NCBI GenBank assembly: GCA_000388065.2
Contig: KB932204.1
Reading direction: 5' to 3' (one strand)
From: Fonticula alba ATCC 38817
Lineage: Eukaryota; Protista; Nucleariida
DNA length: 16,665 nucleotides
The notes beneath the pieces were generated by a model. It made no database searches. It saw nothing but the letters and a program-made list of their open reading frames with translations, and was not told where the DNA came from. Both the position numbers and the translations under genes were made by a program. Below are positions 8,403-16,665 of this stretch, piece after piece; the stretch's first letter is position 1, and each line of letters opens with the position of its first letter.

Positions 8403-11400
8403 CTAGTCCTGCGCCACGCCGGGCCACTCGGCTCCGGCGTCGTCCCAGGACTCATCCTCCGAGGCTTCGGTGCTGGCGGCAGGCCCTGGCAAGCCCGCGG
8501 GCACGGCGACCGGGTTGTCGGCCGACGGACTGGGGCCCGAGCCTGGGGCCGGAGCCCGGCCGCCGGCACCAGCCGCACCGGCCACCGCCTCCTTGGTATT
8601 CTCCAGCAGCAGCGCACGCATGGAGGGCAGCAGGTGCGGCGTGATGCCGGTGGCCCCGCTGGGCTGAAGCGGCTCCACGGAATTCCACACGCGGAACTCC
8701 GCCCGCTGGACCGGCTGCGCCTCGGGGTTGAGGACCGGCTGCACATCGCCATCCAGCGCGGCATCCTCGTTGTCATCGGACACAACCTCGCGACTGAAGA
8801 GGATCTGCATGTGTCGGGGGGAGTGTGGGGGGAATGTCCAGCATGAGTGTCGTGTGGGGGGCAGAGAGAGGGGGAGGCAGAGAGAGGGGGAGGCAGAGAG
8901 AGGGGGAGGCAGAGAGAGGGGGAGGCAGAGAAGGGCAGAGAAGGGCAGAGAAGGACAGAGAGAGGGGGAGGCAGAGAAGGACAGAGAAGGACAGAGAAGG
9001 ACAGAGAAGGACAGAGAAGGACAGAGAAGGACAGAGAAGGACAGACAAGGACAGACAAGGACAGAGAAGGACAGACAAGGACAGACAAGGACAGACAAGG
9101 ACAGACAAGGACAGAGAGGCAGACCGGTGGAAATCCCACGGCCAACGCACGCGTGTCTTCATGGCCGGGGCACCGGGGGCCAGCGGCCGGACGCTGGCTT
9201 CGCCCAGCTCGACCCGGCTCATGGCGGCCGAGGCGACAACAAAGCGGACGATGAAGAAATCCCCGAGCCCGAAGGCGGGGGCACTGTCGGACCCGGGCTC
9301 GGCCGTGGCCATGGCCGAGGCCACCGGGGCCGCGCCATCCGGCGCCGACCGCGACAGGAGACTCAGGCTCGGGGCAAAGTGGATGGAGCCCTGGAGGGCG
9401 GCTTCGCCGGCCTGGGGCCGACCCGACACCCCCGGCTCCAGGGGGAAGGGATGCGTGAGGTTCCACACCAGCATGGAGGCACCGCCCGGAGCCGGCGACA
9501 GCACCACCGACCCGTGGGAGGGAATGCAGTCGACCCGGGCGATGGGGGTGCTGGACACGGTCGCGGCGGCGGGGGGGGGGGGCGGGAAGGGGGCACCCAG
9601 CGTGAGCGGCGATCTGGCAGCAGGACCCCGGGCCCTGGCGCAGGGCGTAGATGCCTGTCCGAGGGCACGCGAGAGAGAGAGAGAGAGGGACGGAAAAAGA
9701 GCACCGGGGAGGGCGAGGGAGGCGGAGCAAAGCAGAGGGGCCGTTCGTACTTGCCGATGACCGGGATGAGCACCCGGCAGCTGTGGAGCCGGGCGCCAGA
9801 CAGGCCCTGCAGGGCCTTGCTGTTGAACTTGATTTGCGCCATGAACCGGACGGCGGTGGGCCCAGCCCGCTGCAGAGCGCATGCGACGTCGCGTTGGCCC
9901 CGCCGCGGTCGGTCGGTCGGTCGGGGTGGGAGGGAAGGGGGCCTGTCAAAAAAAAAAAAAAAAGAAGCCCAAAGCCGGGGGAGGGGGGAAGCCCCGCATT
10001 CATGACTGCAACTATGGGCACACGCATGTGCCGAGGGAGCGGCAAGAGGGGGTGTGTGCAGAAAGAGAGAGGAGAGCAGACCGGGGGGAAGCCCGGCTCG
10101 GCCCGGCCACGCACGCTCATCTGGTAGAAGCCCAGGATCGGCAGGGCCGGCAGCTGAGCTGGCAGCTGGACGTGGTAGTGCGACAGCCGAGTCCAGTCGT
10201 CGCGGGTGGTGTCCTCCTCGGCCACGTGTGCTCTTCCGATCTGCGGCAAGAGGGGGTGTGTGCAGAAAGAGAGAGGAGAGCAGACCGGGGGGAAGCCCGG
10301 CTCGGCCCGGCCACGCACGCTCATCTGGTAGAAGCCCAGGATCGGCAGGGCCGGCAGCTGAGCTGGCAGCTGGACGTGGTAGTGCGACAGCCGAGTCCAG
10401 TCGTCGCGGGTGGTGTCCTCCTCGGCCAGGGCCGTGCCTGACCCGGCATCGCCGCTGACACTGAAGACAATGGTGCGCGAGGCGGCCCCGGCGCCGGCGC
10501 CGGCGCCTGGGCGGGAGTCGCCCCCGCCGGCGGCACTGGTCCCCTCATCGGCGGCCGTCACGCACCGCGAGTAGAGGGCGTCCCGCAGGTAGGCCACATT
10601 CCGCAGGATGAGGGTCACCTCGCAGGGGGGCGGCCGGGGGGCGGCCAGCCCGGCCGGCCGTGACTGCGAGCCCGGCGAGAACCGCACATAGATGGCCCCG
10701 AGATCGGAAGAGCACACGTGTCCCCTCATCGGCGGCCGTCACGCACCGCGAGTAGAGGGCGTCCCGCAGGTAGGCCACATTCCGCAGGATGAGGGTCACC
10801 TCGCAGGGGGGCGGCCGGGGGGCGGCCAGCCCGGCCGGCCGTGACTGCGAGCCCGGCGAGAACCGCACATAGATGGCCCCGCGGATGGCGTGCTCATCGG
10901 GCCGGTGCGGGCTGGCGTACAGATGCCCGCACACGCGCTCGCGAATGACGATCGTCAGATCCCACTCGGCATCCGGGGACTGCCCGGTGTTGGAGAGGCC
11001 CACATGCCGGAGGGCCAGCCAGCCGGGGGGCGAGGAGGGGCGGGGNNNNNNNNNNNNNNNNNNNNNNNNNNNNNNNNNNNNNNNNNNNNNNNNNNNNNNN
11101 NNNNNNNNNNNNNNNNNNNNNNNNNNNNNNNNNNNNNNNNNNNNNNNNNNNNNNNNNNNNNNNNNNNNNNNNNNNNNNNNNNNNNNNNNNNNNNNNNNNN
11201 NNNNNNNNNNNNNNNNNNNNNNNNNNNNNNNNNNNNNNNNNNNNNNNNNNNNNNNNNNNNNNNNNNNNNNNNNNNNNNNNNNNNNNNNNNNNNNNNNNNN
11301 NNNNNNNNNNNNNNNNNNNNNNNNNNNNNNNNNNNNNNNNNNNNNNNNNNNNNNNNNNNNNNNNNNNNNNNNNNNNNNNNNNNNNNNNNNNNNNNNNNNN

Positions 11401-12368
11401 NNNNNNNNNNNNNNNNNNNNNNNNNNNNNNNNNNNNNNNNNNNNNNNNGAATCGGGGGGCGGGGCGTGACGGAGCCACGCGGGCGCGGCCCTTCGGGGAA
11501 AGGGTCCACATACCTGGGGCGGCAGGGCAAAGCGGTTGAAAGCCAGGCCCAGGGCCGAGGACCCGATCAGTCGGCCGAAGGGAAGCGCCCGTGGCAGGGT
11601 TGTCCGCAGCCATAGCGACAGGCGTTCCTGGTGGGTGCCGAAGGAGGAGGCGGCGCTCTGCGGCCGGCGCAACCCGGAGCACCGTGCATGCGCGGGGCGG
11701 GGGCGGGAGGGGGGGGGCGCATCAGACTGAGGTCTATGCCAAGGGGGGGGGCGAAGGCGGAGAAGCGAGCCACGTCCGGGGCAGAAAGCCGGCGCACCTT
11801 GTCACGGGAGAAGCAGAGCGTCACATAGGACCGCAGGCTCCGGAGGAAGCCATGGGCCACCGAGATCTCCGGGCTGCGATTTGGCGGGGGAGGGGCGGGC
11901 GGGCGGGCGGGCGGGCAAGAGCCACGGGGCAACCGGGGTCAGTCGGGCGCACCGAGCAGGGGCCAGGGCAAGGGGGGGACAGGGGGCCCGGGGCAGGGGG
12001 CCGGGCGCCGGGCGCCGGACGCACTGGGCCAGCGAGTGATAGCTGTCCGCCTCGGCCGGGCTGGCGTAGAGGGGCAGCACGGCGAACACCCACTCAGACC
12101 CGGGGACCAGCAGGGCCGAGATGCCGACCACCGGCCCATAGAGGGTCGGCGTGCAGGTGGGAACCGGGGCCCCGGGCGGGGCCCACTGGGCGGCCGCCTG
12201 GCCGAGCAGCGTCCGGGACAGGGCCTCGGCCGTGGTGCATGCGGCCAGCTGCTTGAGCGCCGGGCCGGTGGGGCTGGCCGGGGCCGGCGGCAGCGGCCGC
12301 AGGATCTGGCTGTACACCGGCTCGCCGGACTCCCGGTCGACGATCCACACCGCGTGGATGTACGTCAT
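8403..12368 (-). CDS. AP5M1: AP-5 complex subunit mu; predicted exons 12368-12025, 11873-11798, 11657-11514, (start in or near gap) about 11045-10115 with artefactual duplications, 9869-9751, 9613 (or 9634)-9151, 8804-8403
   Basis: Ordered matches to AP5M1 motifs recalled from memory: N-terminal IHAVWIV..VYSQ (RAVW...FSRR); PVVG...FAVLPL; LPRALPFGRL (ACPFGTL); LTIVIRERV...HAIRGAI..EVTL..LRDALYSRCVT (ISITEKV...LQDILVHPCVT); PILGFYQM (identical); LVWNL..FP..LQGSIHF; and SREVVS...EFRVWNS (RKLISSDYYIWNS). Donors are GTGCGT, GTGCGC, GTATGT and GTACGA, with phase-compatible CAG acceptors. Confidence 0.85.
8861..9120. repeat. Compound intronic minisatellite: 16-mer GCAGAGAGAGGGGGAG x4 (8861-8924), then 10-mers including ACAGA(G/C)AAGG x13 (8981-9110)
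   Basis: Read directly from the sequence; fills most of AP5M1 intron 9150-8805 and is pyrimidine-rich on the sense strand. Confidence 0.92.
10039..10427. other. Assembly artefact: 185-nt direct duplication (10039-10223 = 10243-10427) separated by Illumina TruSeq adapter ACGTGTGCTCTTCCGATCT (10224-10242)
   Basis: Exact 19-nt match to the TruSeq adapter/Read-2 primer end, sandwiched between identical copies. Confidence 0.95.
10539..10881. other. Assembly artefact: 162-nt direct duplication (10539-10700 = 10720-10881) separated by Illumina adapter AGATCGGAAGAGCACACGT (10701-10719)
   Basis: Canonical adapter read-through sequence between identical copies; the 181-nt extra sequence frameshifts AP5M1. 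Confidence 0.95.
11046..11449. other. Assembly gap (404 N)
   Basis: N run flanked by G-rich tracts; hides the end of AP5M1 intron 3 and probably the start of exon 4. Confidence 0.99.
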
Positions 12369-12405
12369 GCTGTGCGGGTGTGTGTGGGAGGGGGGGAGGG
12401 GGGGG

Positions 12406-12823
12406 NNNNNNNNNNNNNNNNNNNNNNNNNNNNNNNNNNNNNNNNNNNNNNNNNNNNNNNNNNNNNNNNNNNNNNNNNNNNNNNNNNNNNNNNNNNNNNN
12501 NNNNNNNNNNNNNNNNNNNNNNNNNNNNNNNNNNNNNNNNNNNNNNNNNNNNNNNNNNNNNNNNNNNNNNNNNNNNNNNNNNNNNNNNNNNNNNNNNNNN
12601 NNNNNNNNNNNNNNNNNNNNNNNNNNNNNNNNNNNNNNNNNNNNNNNNNNNNNNNNNNNNNNNNNNNNNNNNNNNNNNNNNNNNNNNNNNNNNNNNNNNN
12701 NNNNNNNNNNNNNNNNNNNNNNNNNNNNNNNNNNNNNNNNNNNNNNNNNNNNNNNNNNNNNNNNNNNNNNNNNNNNNNNNNNNNNNNNNNNNNNNNNNNN
12801 NNNNNNNNNNNNNNNNNNNNNNN
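12406..12823. other. Assembly gap (418 N)
   Basis: N run flanked on both sides by G homopolymers. Confidence 0.99.
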
Positions 12824-13506
12824 GGGGGGGGGGGGGGCGCCGTGCGCCGTCGGGGCGCACCGTGGGATGGCAGGGCGGACGCGCGGACCAGGGCCGCGGC
12901 CGCCGGCGCGCCGCCAGCCAGCGCCTCGAAGCAGGCAGCCAGTGGCTCCAGGCAAGCGGGCAAGCCGGGCCCGGCGGGCTGGACCTCCTGGCCGGGAGGC
13001 CGCCGGCCGGGCGGGGACCCGGCTGCCATGGCGGTGGCGGCTTGGCGCGCGCGCCAGAGGCGCTCGATCTCCCGGCCGAACAGGTGCACACCGGGCGCGG
13101 GTCCCGGGCCGGGGGCACCGGTGATGGTGGTGATGACGGCGGCGCCGGGAGCAGCGGCGGCGCCGGGCACGGCCACATCCACGGCTGGGCTGGTGGCCGC
13201 CGGGCCGGCCCCGTCCAGCCCCAGCAGGAAGTCTACCAGGCCGCCGGGCAAGCCCAGCAGCAGGCCGGCCAGCTCTTCGGCCGAGGCCCCCGGGCCCAGG
13301 GCGCTCAGACTCCCGGCCCCGGGCAGGGCGGCCGTTTGCCGGAGGAGGCGCCCGAGCGCGGCGCGCTCGCGGGCCACCTCGGCCGCTGCCCGGTCGAGCG
13401 CGCCCTCCAGGCTGTCCAGCATGGCCAGCACCGGCTGCTCGGGGGCGGGGACCATCCTCCGGGACTGTGCGGCCCGGTCGTCGCCGTCGGACCAGGAGAC
13501 GGGCAT
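12824..13506 (-). CDS. Hypothetical protein, 3' end lost in the gap
   Basis: ATG at 13506 after a pyrimidine-rich leader; GC3-rich codons; helical-looking segments (LAMLDSLEGALDRAAAEVARERAALGRLLRQ, HLFGREIERLWRARQ, LPACLEPLAACFEAL); possible GTGCGC donor at 12860. No family recognised. Confidence 0.55.
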
Positions 13507-13840
13507 GGGGGCGGGGGAGGGGAGGGGGATGAGGGAAGACCGGCACACCAGCAGCGGCCAAGTGGCAAGGAAGCGTCAAACGTGAGAATGGTGGCTCCTG
13601 TCTTCCCGGCGGCCGCGGGGGCCCTTTTGTGGGCGTGCATGGTATGCGGGTGTGAGTGAGCGCGTGTGCGCGCGCGCGCGCGGAGGGGGCGCCGGGCCTC
13701 GGTTGGGGGGAGACCTCGCTCCCCAGGCCGGGTTGCCGCCCTCTCGCGCCGGTCTCGCCCGAAGGCCGGGCTGCCCCCGGCCGGCGGGATCTCTCTCTCC
13801 CTCTCTCTCTCTCTCCCTGCCGCGCGGCCGGGGGACGCGC

Positions 13841-14593
13841 TCATGTCTCCGTTGGCAGCTGGGCCTGGGCTCGGGCCAGGAACTGGCCCAGCGGCAGGAA
13901 GCACTGCGGCCAGGCGGCCCGGATGGCGAGGTCCGGGTGGGCGCAGGCGCCGGCGGCCGCCAGCCCGGCGCACCGGCGCACGCACCGCTCCAGTGCGCCG
14001 AGCTCCTCGGCCAGGCCCCCGGGCAGCAGCCCGGCATACTGGATCTTGTGCCGGCAGTCGGTCCAGGCACAGGCGCGGATCTCGCTGCAGGCGGCCAGCT
14101 GGCAGGGGATGGCCACCCCCGGGGAGGGGCCCCCGGGCCCGGGGACATCGGCCTCCCGGGCCGGCAGCACCGCTCGCGCGTCGAACACATGGACCGCCTC
14201 ATGGCGCAGGGCCTCCAGCACGTCGGCTCGGGTGCGCAGGTGCCCGGGCCGGAGCTCGATGCGCACGTGCAGCCGGGCCCCGGCCGCACCGCCCGGCGAA
14301 TGGGGCCCCAGCGCGAAGGTGGAAAGGGCCCGCGCGTGGGTGGCCGAAGCGAAGCCGGCGGCCGGGGGCTCCGTCGTGGCGCCCTCCTCGCGGCCCGGCG
14401 GCCGGCAGCTCAGGCTGATGCCCACATCGGGCAGGATGCCCTGCGGCTGGTGGAGGAAGGCGGCCAGGTGCGAGTCGTGGACCAGGAGCCCGGCCAGCGC
14501 GGCGTCCGGCCCGGGGGGCGCCCCGGCGGGGGGGGCCTGTTCGAATTCCCGGAACAGCTGGCGCAGGTGCTCCTCGCACGCCTCGGGGGTCAT
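13841..14593 (-). CDS. ATP23: Mitochondrial intermembrane-space protease/chaperone ATP23-like (peptidase M76); may extend upstream to an ATG at 14917 or 14905
   Basis: HEAVHVFD zincin motif (14203-14189 and on), ACSEIRA...DC, CVRRCA and terminal AWPQCF follow the Atp23 pattern HELIH.(Y/F)D...ACSE(I/V)RA...(D/E)C...CV..RA...CF; N-terminal MTPEACEEHL helix; 10 Cys. Start codon uncertain. Confidence 0.82.
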   Translation of the reverse strand: MTPEACEEHLRQLFREFEQAPPAGAPPGPDAALAGLLVHDSHLAAFLHQPQGILPDVGISLSCRPPGREEGATTEPPAAGFASATHARALSTFALGPHSPGGAAGARLHVRIELRPGHLRTRADVLEALRHEAVHVFDARAVLPAREADVPGPGGPSPGVAIPCQLAACSEIRACAWTDCRHKIQYAGLLPGGLAEELGALERCVRRCAGLAAAGACAHPDLAIRAAWPQCFLPLGQFLARAQAQLPTET

Positions 14594-14937
14594 CTGCCGA
14601 GAGGGCCCTGTGTAGGCTGCGGGCCTGCTCGCGCGCGCGGCAGTGGGAGAGAGGTGGAGAGGGAGAGAGGTGGAGAGGGGCGCGGTGGAGAGGGAGAGAG
14701 GTGGAGAGGGGCGAGGGGTGAGGGCCAGGGGCACGGATCGGGTGTGGGGCATGACGAAGGGCAAGAGGTTTGTTTGGTGCGCTGTCGCACATGTGTGCCG
14801 AGTCCCCCCCCCCCCCCCTCTCGCCCCTCTCCAGGACGAGAGGATGCGTGCACGGAGGCGGGAGCGGCCCCGGGCGGCCAGTTGTGGGTGTGGCTGGGCC
14901 TGCATCGTTGGCACCATTCATCACCGTATATCTGACG

Positions 14938-14972
14938 GCATCACGCGACGCATCACGCGACGCATCACCCGA
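14938..14972. repeat. 12-mer tandem repeat GCATCACGCGAC x about 3 just upstream of ATP23
   Basis: gcatcacgcgac gcatcacgcgac gcatcacccga. Confidence 0.8.
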
Positions 14973-15405
14973 TGTCGGGCGTTGTGGGTTTCGCACGGGC
15001 CCAAGGCCGGCGCCAGATTCGCCCGGTCCGCCCGGTCCGCCCGGCCCTCATGAAGACAGGGCCGAGAGGGGACGCGCGGTCGTGCCCAGGCGCGGCGACG
15101 GGGACCACCGGCGCGGGGTGGAACGCGTTGGCGCGGCGACATGGCCTCTCGGCCCGTGGGACCTCCCTTCCCCGGGCGCTCGAGAAGCAACCGCCCCCGG
15201 CGCAGGGGGCGGTTTCCGAAGCCCCCCGCTCTCGGGCATTATGGGGGCTCCCCCTGCGCGAAGAGCAGGCGGCCCTGCCTGGAAATTCAGGGTGCGGGGC
15301 AGGGAGACGGGCGCTTCTCGGTGGCGATGATGTGACGGGGGCGTTGCCCTGACGCACGGGGCCCGCTGCCTTCGGGGCCGGGCTGGCAGGAGAGCTCGGC
15401 CCGAT

Positions 15406-15542
15406 CTAACCGACACTGCTGCTGGTGCTGGTGCTGCTGTTGATGCTGTTGCTGGTGCTGCTATTGTTGCTGTTGCTGTTGTTGCTGTTGTTGCTGCTGT
15501 TGTTGTTGCTGTTGTTGCTGTTGTTGCTGTTGTTGCTGTTGT

Positions 15543-15577
<35 letters not shown>

Positions 15578-15578
15578 T

Positions 15579-15610
<32 letters not shown>

Positions 15611-15615
15611 TTGCT

Positions 15616-15666
<51 letters not shown>

Positions 15667-15870
15667 GTTACTGCTGCTGCCGCAGCCGCCGCCCCCGCCC
15701 TCGCCCCCGCCCCCGCCCCCGCCGCTCCCGCTCCCCCGCCCCCGCCTGACCAGGTCAAGTGTCCAGCCGGCTGCCACCGCCCCGGGGACCTGCAGGACGG
15801 TGCTGGTGGCGCGGCCGCGGTGGCCAGGCGGCACGCCCGCCGGACGCAACACACGTAACCCGGACAGTAA
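15406..15870 (-). CDS. Possible last exon or small ORF with Gly-rich linker and poly-Ser/Asn tail
   Basis: CAG acceptor-like site at 15873-15871; C-ending codons in HRGRATSTVLQVPGAV; variation in the AGC/AAC repeat includes synonymous AGT/AGC in the Ser/Asn frame, while the Gln frame has a stop. No homology recognised and upstream exons not identified. Confidence 0.3.
15414..15680. repeat. Imperfect (CTG/TTG)n trinucleotide microsatellite, about 265 nt
   Basis: Read directly from the sequence. Confidence 0.95.
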
Positions 15871-16665
15871 CTGAGCGCGGAGAACATGGGCGCCCGGTGC
15901 CGGGGACGAACCGGGAGCACACGGAGCACTCCCGCGTTCGAGCACGGGCGCTTGCGTGGAAACGAATGTGGACGGGCATGTATGTGGGTGTGGGCACATC
16001 GACGCGTGCCTGCCGATGAGGGGGCGAGGGTCCGCGCCCTGCTCGCCCCCGGCGCCTCAGCCCCAGCCGGCCGGAAAGGGGAGGGGCGTGCCGAGGGGCG
16101 GCCTGCCGCAGGGGCCATGGCTCGGCCGGGTGGCGGTGGCGCTAAGCCGCCCCGGACCCGGGCAACGCGGTGTGGCCCGGGGGTGCGCTGCCTGTGGACT
16201 TGCCCGGCCGGTCGGGGCCGCGGCGGGATGATTGCCTGCGCGCGCGCGCGCCGGTCGCCCGGCCTGTGGGGTGTGTTGGCCGCCTTTGCCGGGGGAGGGG
16301 GGGAGCCGGCACTGTCGCCCGCGAGGCGGCGGGGAGGGGAGGGGGGGGGGCGAAGTGCAGGGGGCCACGAACATCCCCCTCGATCAGTTTGGATATCCGC
16401 CGGGGCAGGGGGGGGGGGGCCGCCACGGGTGTTTGGGGGCGCGCGCGGGCGCGCCTTCAGCCGGGGCCCGGAATAAAAGGCCGAGATACAGAATCGCCGG
16501 GGGGGGAGCCCGGCGGGCCGATTATCGGTCGGGGGCGAGGGCGCTCGGGCCGTGCGGGGGCGGGGCGCCACCGGGCGGGGGGCCAATCGCCGGGCCGGGA
16601 AGGGCACGTCCATCCGCGGGCCCGGCCGCCCTTGCCCTGCGAGGCCCGGTCCTCGGGGCGGGGGG

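Noticed and set aside
371-8403. HMG gene as a fungal-type sex/MAT locus
   Set aside because: The neighbours (TTC4, AP5M1) are not the known flanking genes, such as the triose-phosphate transporter and RNA helicase, or SLA2 and APN2; nothing in the window indicates an idiomorph
8728-10005. Plus-strand ORFs with TEKDREGQRR repeats, and minus-strand LSVLVCPC repeats
   Set aside because: Translations of an intronic minisatellite
10224-10719. Perfect 19-nt inverted repeat pair (10224-10242 and 10701-10719) resembling transposon or MITE terminal inverted repeats
   Set aside because: Both are the Illumina TruSeq adapter in opposite orientations; the flanking direct repeats are 162-185 nt read-sized copies, not target-site duplications
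10039-10881. Repeat-spacer-repeat structure suggesting a CRISPR-like array or exon duplication
   Set aside because: Repeats are too long, occur in only two copies each, and the spacers are adapter sequence; eukaryotic context with no cas genes
10545-13659. ORFs spanning the N runs
   Set aside because: Continuity across Ns is artificial because gap lengths are estimates; only the flanking segments were evaluated
6090-14917. Co-oriented minus-strand genes as an operon or functional cluster
   Set aside because: The functions (cytosolic co-chaperone, endosomal adaptor, mitochondrial protease) are unrelated; tight spacing is expected in a compact genome and there is no sequence evidence of polycistronic processing
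15425-15874. Poly-Leu ORF on the + strand as a membrane protein
   Set aside because: About 85 consecutive aliphatic residues are simply the reverse frame of a CAG/CAA-type microsatellite

Overview
GC-rich, intron-containing eukaryotic genomic DNA from a draft short-read assembly. It has two N gaps (11046-11449, 12406-12823) and two embedded Illumina adapter fragments. The + strand carries one long gene, a low-complexity transcription-factor-like protein with two HMG boxes (371-5527). It converges on a head-to-tail series of minus-strand genes: a TTC4/Cns1 TPR co-chaperone (7802-6090), a 7-exon AP-5 mu subunit AP5M1 (12368-8403, reassembled by hand across introns, a gap and two adapter-linked false duplications), an orphan ORF running into a gap (13506-12824), an ATP23-like M76 metalloprotease (14593-13841) and a doubtful Ser/Asn-tail ORF (about 15870-15406). 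Splice donors are mostly GTRCGY. The gene content and composition suggest a GC-rich protist, and a Fonticula-like holomycotan is a guess that cannot be verified here. I found no clearly new multi-gene system. The most interesting items are the mixed-class tandem HMG protein (boxes interrupted or abutted by in-frame, stop-free introns, plus a possible third degenerate box) and the extended AP-5 mu. Family calls rest on motifs recalled from memory, not on database searches.
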